Shown here one piece after another: positions 26,499 through 36,463 of a DNA stretch of 64,000 bases. The number at the start of each line of letters is the position of its first letter. Within the stretch, counting starts at the first letter, position 1. This stretch comes from Okamejei kenojei (taxonomy: Eukaryota). The translations under genes were made by a program, and so were the position numbers. The DNA is taken from assembly GCA_035221665.1 (NCBI GenBank), contig CM069131.1, positions 25,606,001 to 25,670,000 of the forward strand, read 5' to 3'. The notes under the pieces were generated by a model, which worked only from the letters and a program-made list of their open reading frames with translations, searched no databases and was not told the DNA's origin.

Positions 26499-28130
26499 TT
26501 CTTCTTCTTCTTAAGCCCTTTGCTCCTCTAGGGAGCATAGGCCATTGACAAATGTCCTCCACCTCTCTCGGTTGTTGGCAGTTCTTTCGAGATCTCCCCA
26601 GTTGAGCCCACGCTCAGACATTTCTGCCTGGACATCTCTTCTCCAGCTGTTCTGGGGCAACCTCTTCTCCTTTTTCCTTGGGGGTTCCGTTTCAGGGCTT
26701 GCCGGGTGATGTTTGTGGCAGGTTTCCTGAGGGTGTGTCCAATCCAACTCCATTTTCTCCTTCGAATTTGTAAGTCAATGGGCTCCTGGCTCTTTCTTTT
26801 CCACAGGTCCACATTGCTTACTTTGTCTCTCCACCAGATGTTAAGTATTCTCCTAAGGCAGGTGTTAATGAATGTTTGCAGCCTGTTTGTAGTGTGTTTT
26901 GTTGTTTTCAATGTCTCTGATCCATACAGCATCATCCTGTTTCATATTTGAGTTGAAGATGCGTATATTGGTGTTGATTGAGATGCGTTATGAGCTCCAG
27001 ATCCTCCTGGGCATGTTAGACAGCACCCTAGCCTTAAGGGCCTGTCCCACTTGGCGCTTTATTCGGCGACTGCCGGCATCATATCAGTGTCGCCAAAAGA
27101 TTTTGAACATTTCAAAATCCAGTGGCAAAAAAAAAATGTTGCGACACTTGAAAATGCACCACCCGTCATACGTCATCACGCCACGTCACCGCCACATCAC
27201 ACCTCAAATTTTTTCGGTGACCTGATACGTCAGTCAATGATGCCGGCTGTCGCCGAAAAAATCGGCAAGTGGGACAGGCCCTTTATTGATCTACTTTTTA
27301 TGTCTGCCTCTGCACCTACGGTGATGTCCGCAACACTGCCTAGGTATGTGAATGTTTCTACCTCCTCTAGAGCAGTGCTGTGCATAAGGATAGGGTTGCT
27401 GGTTTTGGAGTGGATCCTCATCACCTGTGTCTTTGCTGTATTGGGTGTAAGGCCAAGTTTTGTTGCAGCTTGTGAGAGTCTGTCCATCTTCTCCAGCATT
27501 TGTATCTGTGTGTGTGAAAGGGGAGATATGTCGTCTGCAAAGTCAAGATCGTCTAGCTGCTCCCACACTGAATTCCATTTCTTTTCCTTTCCATTGTCCA
27601 CTGAATTCCATTTCTTTTCCCTTCCGTTATTTCAATCATGATCTAGTCAATTGCTTGATATGAAAATGCCAAATCTCCATGTTTCAATGCTCCGAGATAA
27701 TTCTCTTGAGGAACAGGAATGGTGACAATAGACATCCCTTATTGATGCCCGTCCTTGCACTAAAGCTCTGAGAGAGCTGGCCTGCATGCATAAGTTTGCA
27801 TGAGGTTCCATCACATGAGTTTGTGATTAAGTTTATGATCTTGGTGGGAATTCCATAGTGGTCCATTTGGCGCCATAGTGTTGTCCTATCTAAGCTCTCA
27901 AAGTCGATGAAGTTGATGTACAGGGATGTGATTCATTCAATAGACTGCTCAATGATGATGCGTAATGTTGCTTTGTGGACTGTGCAGGAGCCATCCTTCC
28001 TGAATCCTGCTTGCTGGTCCCCTAACCTCTTGTCTACAGCTTCCTGAAGATGGTTGAGGATGACCCGGTTTAGAATTTTACTGGGTACAGAAAGTAGGGT
28101 GTTCCCTCGGTAGTTGTCACATTGTCGCCG
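26499..28130 (-). mobile_element. RTE-clade LINE ORF2 fragment, disrupted, with nested MITE
   Basis: NYRGNTLLSVPSKILNRVIL, QAGFRKDGSC..TLRIIIEQSIE, GCLLSPFLFL, QLDDLDFADDI, YLGS, LYGSET, IRRRKWSWIGHTLRK; (AAG)n tail directly after the stop. Confidence 0.9.
27037..27282. mobile_element. PIF/Harbinger-type MITE copy 4 nested in the RTE LINE
   Basis: TTA|AGGGCCTGTCCCACTTG ... CAAGTGGGACAGGCCCT|TTA. Confidence 0.88.
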
Positions 28131-29060
28131 TTGTTGTTTACATACCAAATTTACGTACCCCATAATCTCTTGAAATCGCCTCACCACAGATTTTACAATT
28201 CACAATACAGCAGGTCAATTTATATTTTGCAAATAACCTACCAACTCACACATCTGCGGCATACAGTATGACACCTGAACACTTGGAGATGAACCACAGT
28301 CACAAGGACAACATGTAAATTGCATACCAATAGTACCAGAGATTATAATTGAACCCAGTCACAGTAGTTTTGAGGTAGCAGTTATATTAAATATGGTACA
28401 ATGTCACCACGATAGATTATCCTGCTCTTCACACTCTGTTAATTGTCCGATCTTGCTCTACTTGAAATACATTGAACATCCTCAGTGTCGAAGTATCAAG
28501 CATTTCAGAGTTAAGATGCCTAGCCAAAATGACAAATATATAATTTATCTGGGAAATCACCCTCAAGGTGCTTCACTAACGTGCATTCACATCAACATTG
28601 ACAGAAAGCTAAGAGATACTAGAATAGATGGCTTAAACTTCAATCAAGGCATAGCTTGAGAACTTTCAGAAGGGAGTTTCAGAACCTCTGTTCCTGTTGC
28701 TGAGGTTACATATACTGAAGGTGTGATAAATGAGCAGAGCAAATAGAACCCTACAATGGTTGTCCAAAGTAATACAAGGGCAGCAAAGTGGCCTAGCTAA
28801 TGGAGACACTGCCTCACTGCCCCGTGACACATCTGTGAGTGATTGTAGAGCTTGCAGAGTTCAGAGAATGATCTTGGGGCATCGAAACACGAAGACTGGG
28901 CATTTTCATACCAAGGCATTAGTTGCCTATGAAATTCTGTTGCTCAGGATGATAACACTTGGCAAGGGTTAGCATGCAGCTAGCAGCGTTTTGATTAAGC
29001 AAAACTATGTATTGGCTGTAGGTATGGAGAGTCTTCTTGGAAAGTAATTATAACAGTTAA

Positions 29061-29651
29061 AGGGCCTGTCCCACTTAGGTGATTTTTTTTGGCGTGAGCG
29101 GTCTCCTCAAGTGTCGTTACTTATTTCTTGTCGCCGCTGGATTTTGAAATGTTCAAAACCTCTCGGTGACAGTGGGCTTGACATTGCCTGACGTTGCCTG
29201 TCTATACCTGTCATAGGTGCTGTCGTAGGTTGTCGCCAGGATGACACCAGGTGACGTTGATTGTCGCCGGGTCATAACCTCGGTGAATTCCATTGGCGAC
29301 AATCTACGTCATCCTACGTCAACCGGCGACAGTACCGGCTTCAAGAGAAGTATTCAGTTATCTTCATTTGTCGCCGACAGGGGTGTAGCTTATCGTAGCT
29401 TGTCGCTGGTGGAGGTAGGTTGACTTCGGGTGTCGTAGGTTGTCGCCTGTGTGGTAGAAGGTTGTCGTAGCTGGACGTCCCGAGTCGCGAGGAATTGTGT
29501 CGCCCGTTGACGTAGCTTGCCGTAGCTTGACGTTGACTAGGTGGTAGCTTGTCGTGGACATTGTCGTGGGGTGGGAGCATTTCCGGCGTCACGCCGTGAC
29601 AGTGACTGTCGCCACAGTTGCCTAAAATATCGCCAAAGTGCGACAGGCCCT
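29061..29651. mobile_element. PIF/Harbinger-type MITE copy 5
   Basis: TAA|AGGGCCTGTCCCACTT ... AAGTGCGACAGGCCCT; GTCG/CGAC-rich; right TIR duplicated by a later PLE insertion. Confidence 0.82.
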
Positions 29652-29652
29652 T

Positions 29653-29874
29653 GTTTAAGAAGGAACTGCAGATGCTGGAAAATCCAAGGTAGACAAAGGT
29701 GCTGGAGAAACTCAGCGGGTGCAGCAGCATCTATGGAGCGAAGGAAATAGGCAACGTTCCGGGGCCAAAACCCTTCTTGAGAGTGAAGAAGTTTTTGGCC
29801 CGAAACATTGCCTATTTCCTTCGCTCCACAGATGCTGCTGTACCCGCTGAGTTTCTCCAGCACTTTTGTCTACC
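29653..29874. mobile_element. Inverted pair of Penelope terminal repeats; 14-bp TSD
   Basis: Fold-back of gctggagaaactcagcgggtgcagcagcatct with agatgctgctgtacccgctgagtttctccagc; TSD tg(c/g)gacaggccctt at 29639-29652 and 29875-29888. Confidence 0.8.
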
Positions 29875-30451
29875 TGGGACAGGCCCTTCATGGGTTGAAT
29901 GTAGGATTTTGGTGGTGGGTAAACTGAGACAAGCTGGGGATAAATTGTTTCAGGTATAGAATCAGGCAGTCTTTGTGCTGGAGGCCAATGAAGTATGGAG
30001 ATCAGCTCAGTGTCAGCGAGGATAGAGTAAATTACAGTGACTGGGACTGGTCAGAGAGAGAGCTTGAAACAGTAGTGACAAAAGCCATTTTGTGGTGGGG
30101 AAATAAGATATTGGTTACATTTTCCTGTGAGTAAATGGAGGACTGCATAATTCTGAATATCTTAGCATTGTTTGTTCTTTCTGGCATGGTGAAAGCTTCT
30201 GTTTCTGAAAAAATATGTTTGGCCTAGCCTCAGAACAACTTGCAAATGAATTGTTTGTTCTAGAAATCCTGAAAATTGACAAATTTGTTGTTCCACGGAT
30301 TTCTTTTATAACTTCCAAAGCTATTCTTTGGATTGTCATTCTACATTTGAAATATCTTGTGAATTAAATCGAATTTTGTATCCACTCGTACAATCTATGA
30401 TTTACCGAACCAGGTACTTCAATGATCATCATTTTTTTTCTATCCCTGCAG

Positions 30452-30585
30452 GTGTGTGAATATGTAGATGGAACCAAATCCTTGAAGCTGGGTGACTTTG
30501 GCCTGGCGACTGTGGTAGATGGGCCCCTGTATACAGTTTGTGGAACACCAACTTATGTTGCTCCAGAGATCATTGCAGAGAGTGG
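30452..30585 (+). CDS. DCLK2: DCLK2 coding exon (DFG, activation loop, APE)
   Basis: tttctatccctgcag| ... |gtaagt; 134 nt; [44 protein letters not shown](G). Confidence 0.96.
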
Positions 30586-32151
30586 GTAAGTAGTCATCAG
30601 GAGGTTAAGGTTAGTCTGGGGGGTTTTGTTCTTAAAGGAAAGTAGCAGCAAATTGGCCAGCAACTTACAGTGGTTCACCTGGCATTTAAGCTGAATGTTG
30701 TTGACTGATTAACCTATTAATGACGATTATACATTATCAATGCAGCATTAATTTTTCGGCACATTCTATCTACTTATAATTTTCTGGAAGGCAAAGATAA
30801 TTATTTCCTGGTTGAATCTTTTATGCTTTGTGGGTACCAGTGACTCTCATTCTCGAGTCAATATTTGTGGTTCAAGTTCCAGTATTTAAAAGTTCCAGTA
30901 TTTAAACGTAGTTCTATTTTAGTTTAGTTTAGAGATACGGCACGGAAACACGCCCTTCAGCCCACCAAGTCCGCGCCGACCAGCGATCCCCGCACACTAA
31001 CACTAACAGTAGCACAGCACTGAGCACAGAAATCTAGCTTGGTTTTCCAGTGTAGTACCAAGTGACTCACATGACAGTCATAGATTTTGTGCTATGCTAG
31101 ATGCTCCAGAGACAGCTTGGATCTTTTAAAGGAGAAAGATCCATGCAGTCCCTAGCCAATATTTATTTCTCAACAAACTTAGTTAAACCTGGTGAGTCGG
31201 TCACTTGCACATTGCTCAGTGGAGAGCTGTGTTCTGTGTATTACAGTGTCGAATATATTGCAATAAATGTTTGACTACAAAGCACTTTTTGTAAAATCCA
31301 GAAATCTCGAAATGCAAAATATAAATGTATCTCCCCTTCAAGTTCGCTTTGTTTATATAAATGAATCTAAAGGAGGCATGTTGGAAAAGTCTTTATGCAA
31401 ATAAATTGAATTCTGATGCAAGATTATCTCATCATGTCATTCATCCCAGTATACTCAGTAATACATAAGGAACCGTGTGATAAAGGACTGCATCACGGAG
31501 ACATAAGCACCGTGCATCAGACAACAGCTCAATAAACAGAATTATGAACAATGTTGTCTCCCACAAAATATTTTACTCTGAATACGTTGCAACAGAAGTC
31601 ATTTTATGTCACAATGATCTATAAGGCTTATATTTTCAAACAATCTGTTGATACCCTTCCACAAATAGCTGCTCCATTAGATATCTTCCTGTGTTGTAAC
31701 TGCATCTTTATTGTTTATTTATTCCCATAATTTTTATATTCAGTATATTTCTGAATAATATTTCTATTGTGCCTGTTTATTTCTACGAATGGAATGTCTT
31801 AGGCAATGATAAACTCTGATAGAGAACTAGGTCAGTAAGTCCTGGGAAATGTGACATATTTGCAAATGAGTTGGAAACACAGTATGTTGCTTACGATCTC
31901 ATATGGTTTTGAATTAAGTGTAAGCTAGTGCATCTATTTCAACTTAATTTAATTATAATAAATTGTGTTGAAAATGACATCTCTGCAATGATACATATTT
32001 TTACATGGGCCCATTCCAGCCATGTGGAAAAAAACTGTCCATGATGATTATTACTTACAATTGAACTGTTGTGCACCATTACAAGTTATTATTTTGTTCA
32101 AACCTAAATACCAAAAGAACATACCTTTGTTTAAATGACTTATTTTGTTAA

Positions 32152-32241
<90 letters not shown>

Positions 32242-32639
32242 TAATTTATTGCAGACCTCACCGTTACGGTAAAATCTCTTTCCGATCCCAGCTGGTGACA
32301 GGAGCATGATGCATCTGAAGTTGGAGGCATGAAAATAACTAACCACAGATGATGTTTGGCTTCCAAAGCTGCTGAGATTCCAATATTTCTAAACAGGTTC
32401 TAGAAACAAAAGAAGAAGGTACAGAATAAAGAATCAAGTGAAGGTTACAGAAGTTCTCTGTTCTTTGTCCCTCAGATCCCAGCTGAGGGCCACTAGGTGT
32501 TAGAGCAGAACATCATTTCAACTGGGGAGGGGGGAGAGAGCCGAAAGGGGCTGAGTGAGTAGATTGTGCTGGTGATTGGTTCCAGTGAAATCTTCTGCCA
32601 GGAAATTGGTCTAAGCAGTTCTGTCTGTAATTCTCTGGA

Positions 32640-33260
32640 ATGTTGGAGGTCGATGGTTGAACTGATAGAAATATATAAAAATTATGGAGGGATAAATAAG
32701 CTATGACAGTCAGAACCCTTTTCCCAGGATGGAAATATCAAATATAAGGGGGTGGGGGGGGGCATAGCTTTAAGTTGATGGGGGCAAAGTTTAAAGGAGA
32801 TGTATGGGGTACGTATTTTACACAGTTGGTGGTGATTGTCTGGAATGTGTTGACAGTTCTGATGGGAAGCCGGTATGACAGTGACATTTAAGAGATGTTT
32901 GGAAAGGTACGTGGATAAGTAAAGTATCCTTTATTGTCATTCAGACCTTTCCGTCTGAACAAATTTTCGTGCCTGCAGTCATACATATAATAAAAATGAC
33001 AAAAACACACAATAAACACAAATTTAACATCCACCACAATGAGTTCACCAGGCACCTCCTCACTGTGATGGAAGGCAAAAGTCTTTAATTCTTTGTCTCT
33101 TCCCTCCTTATTCTCCCTCTGCGCCGAGGTGATCCAGGCTTCGGGAATATGCAGGGAATAGAGGATTAAGTGCAGGCAGATAAGAGTTTATCTTGGCATC
33201 ATATTCGGTACAGACACTGTGGACCAAAGGGCATGTTCTTGCGCTGTACTACTCCACGTT
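32640..33260 (+). mobile_element. CR1 3' fragment interrupted by a short antisense element (~32918-33142)
   Basis: CR1 motifs on both sides (tataaaattatggagggataaatag; ggaccaaagggcatgttcttgcgctgta); the insert has an antisense aataaaggatactttactt tail. Confidence 0.6.
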
Positions 33261-33844
33261 CTGATTTAGCTTCACTTTTATGTCTAGTAACGTGAGAAAG
33301 GTCTCAAAACATATTTATTCCCCTATTGTCATAAATTGGAGTTTTTGGGTAACACCTGTCATTCTCATTGAGCTCTCATGGTATGCCATCAGCGGAGTCT
33401 TCTATATGTGGATATATTTTATATATATACTGTCTGGCAATTGTAAAAACTAATCTGTAACTAATCCAGTACCTCAGATTTTCAGTCACGATCTTTTTTC
33501 GGTTCCAGGTTACTATATTAATTTAACTGTGTGGACATTTCAACTTCCTTATCCCATCCTTACCAAGTATTTCCTGATTCCCAGCACTTCCACAATTGTT
33601 CCATGGCTGGTGGACAGAGTACTATCACTGTATCGCCCATTTAAAACCATTTCCTCCAACAATCTTCTTCTGAGTCCCTTTCCTATTTCTTTCAAGTTAG
33701 GCTGTATCAAACATCAGCAATAATTACAAAAATGTCTAGCTACCAGAATGTCAGTGCAATCTTTATGACATGTTTCCTTAAAGTCACTCTCCTGTGTTCT
33801 GTTGGCCATTGGCTTTCCAGGAACACAACAAAAATATTTTCTTT

Positions 33845-34145
33845 ATAGTCATAGTGGAAACAGGGTGCAGGAGTAGGCTTCAGCCCTGGCCCAACTGGCT
33901 GATCATCAACTCAGACCCACCCTCTGACCAACTAACATGTCCCATACCACTACTAGTCCATCTGCCTGTGTTTAGCCCATATCCCTTTAAACCTGTCCTA
34001 TTCATGTACCTGTCCAAGTGTTTCTTAAACATTGCGATAATACCTGCCTCAACTATCTCCTCAGGCAGCTCGTTCCATATATACACTACCTTTTGTGTGA
34101 AAAAGTATCCTTCAAGTTCCTATTTTCTCACCTCACCTTAAACCT
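33845..34145 (-). mobile_element. CR1 LINE 3' end
   Basis: ORF 33880-34086 WNELPEEIVEAGIIAMFKKHLDRYMNRTGLKGYG. Confidence 0.8.
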
Positions 34146-34163
34146 ATAAATAAATTGATGATA

Positions 34164-34632
34164 GACACAAAAAGCTGGAGTAACTCAGCGGGACAGGCAG
34201 CATCTCTGGAGAGAAGGAATGGGTGACGTTTCGAGTCTCGAAATCCATGAGTCGCAACCATTCTTTGGCTGTATATATTGATGCGGCTCCTCCCTCGCCA
34301 TCCTTTAATGCAAAATAATGAGTGGGGAAGGTGAAGGCAGTTTTGCCGCTTTCCTCCTTATCTTTCTTCACTCCCTGTCTTTTGCTCGCTGTCTTACTGC
34401 TCATAACCTGAAGTAAACAGACAATAGATTTGTCATAAAGCAGGATGAGTTGTGCAAAGATAGACACAAAAAGATGGAGTAACTCAGCGGGACTGGCAGC
34501 ATCTCTGGAGAGGAACAGGTGACGTGCACATCACCCTTTCCTTCTCTCCAGAGATGCCGCTGTCCCGCTCAGTTACTCCAGCTTTTTGTGCCTATCTTCG
34601 GTTTAAACCAGCATCTGCAGTTCCTTCTGACA
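34164..34632. mobile_element. Composite PLE-terminus insertion carrying ~215 bp of foreign sequence; 16-bp TSD
   Basis: TSD aaataaattga(t/c)gata at 34148-34163 and 34633-34648; pLTR pieces at 34161-34240 and 34457-34630 (inverted pair). Confidence 0.75.
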
Positions 34633-34750
34633 AAATAAATTGACGATAATTATTTTCCAGCATTATTAAGAATTTAAGAATGTAGAAATAGAAATCAAAC
34701 TGGATTGATTTTGCCTGTATGATATTAACAGTATTTTTGTGATTCTACAG

Positions 34751-34847
34751 TGAAAACAACGTGCAGGAGGACCTGTTTGACCAGATTCTTGTTGGCCGCC
34801 TAAAATTTCCATCTCCTTACTGGGACAATATCACGGGCTCTGCTAAA
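34751..34847 (+). CDS. DCLK2: DCLK2 coding exon (alphaG region)
   Basis: gattctacag| ... |gtatgt; 97 nt; [32 protein letters not shown]. Confidence 0.95.
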
Positions 34848-36463
34848 GTATGTAAAGTGAATTCCTAAGCAGTTTGTGGGAATCTAAAATATTGCCATGT
34901 CAGATTATGTGTGGCTCTGTAGGAGATGATGTGTGGGGTATAGATGGGAAATGACATTCTGATGGATGATAGTGGCGGGTCTGATGGGTGGTATGGGGGA
35001 AGGAAAGTTCCAATTTGGGGGATGGAGACAAGATGGTCTGTGAATGTTGAGTTGCTGTGCAGTAATGTACAGGTGGGGCGAGAGATTATGAGTGGCAATA
35101 TGGGGGATGTGTGGTGAAGTGGGGGATGGGAAGTGGTGATGTGAGGGTAATGAGTTGCAGTGTGGGATTTAAGGAATGTCAGTGAGGGGATAATGCGTGA
35201 TGTTGTTCAAGGGGTGTGCACTGGTGTGGAGGACAATGCGTGTTGGTTTGGGAAAGTGTTGGTATGGTGAAGTCAAGGGTGATGAGGTATCTCAGAACAC
35301 TTGGTAATCAGCTTGTCACACCACGTTAGTATTAATATTTGTTCCAACCTGATGAAAGGTAATCGACCAAAATTGTCAACTCGTTTTATTTCTCTCCATA
35401 ATCTGCCCAAGTATCTTCAGCATTTTCTGTTTTCACTTTACGCTGCCGCATGTATCATCACATGTATTAAGCCTTGTTTGCCATCAATACTTTACTCACA
35501 AAACCTATATTGGTTCCTCATTCTTTGAATTGAAACGTATTCCCTGTAATTCCAATCCTTCCACACGCAAATCTTCTTCTCTAATACCTCTTACAACCTT
35601 TAAGATATGTCTAACTCTAATTCTGGCTCTTCACAATTCCTACCATCGGCAGGGTTCTAAATTGTGGTATTCATATCTCTTTGTATTTTTCTTTCCTTTT
35701 AAGTCATTTCTTAAACTGGAAGGACGTACAAATACAAACAGACAGGATCTGAGGTCAGGATCAAACCCGGGTCCGTGGCGCAGCGAGGAAACAGGTCCAC
35801 CGCTGCTGCACTGTGCCACACGAAGCACCCCACCCACCACCCTAAACATGTACTCCCTTCACCCCCGCTGCACCTTAGCTTCAGTGTGTACTATCTATAA
35901 CATATTACCTGGGCTATTCAGCCAACACCTACCATACGCAGCCACTACCACCAGGCTACAAGAGCAGCAGATACGTGGGAATACCACCACCTTCTAAGAA
36001 ACACACCGCAATGGTTCATGTAGGTGGCTAAAAATCTCCTCAATGCCAGTTAGAGATGAGCAATAAACCCTGGCCTTATCTGCGGCATCCACATCCTGGG
36101 AAAGGTTGCTGGCAGTCAGGTTTAAATAACGGAAGACATGATGGTGTGAATCTTATATTATTGTGGTGGTATTTACTCACATCTTGTCAAAAGATTGAAA
36201 TTCATTTGTAGGTGAAGGCTGTGGGTTTAAAAATTACATTGTTATTTTTCTAGCGGGACAATGAAACAAACTCACCTTCTGACTCCGACTTAATATAGTG
36301 CGAATATTACAGGGAAGAAATGCTGCCTAGAATGGCTCTCACATAAGGTGTCTGTAGCAAAATATGCCGTCTAGGCTTATAATTCAGCTGACTATGCAAA
36401 AAAACACTTCCCGCACAAAAGGCTATAAGAGCTTAAAATGCATTGACCCAAAGGTTGTAAAAG

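Noticed and set aside
6755-30907. Small tandem or near-tandem duplications (6755/6803, ~22880-22940, ~27566-27625, ~30874-30907)
   Set aside because: Ordinary 17-30 bp slippage duplications, mostly inside TE remnants.
34900-35290. G/T-rich low-complexity tract after exon 34751 (and C-rich tract ~20830-21000)
   Set aside because: No periodicity or defined motif; consistent with decayed simple sequence.
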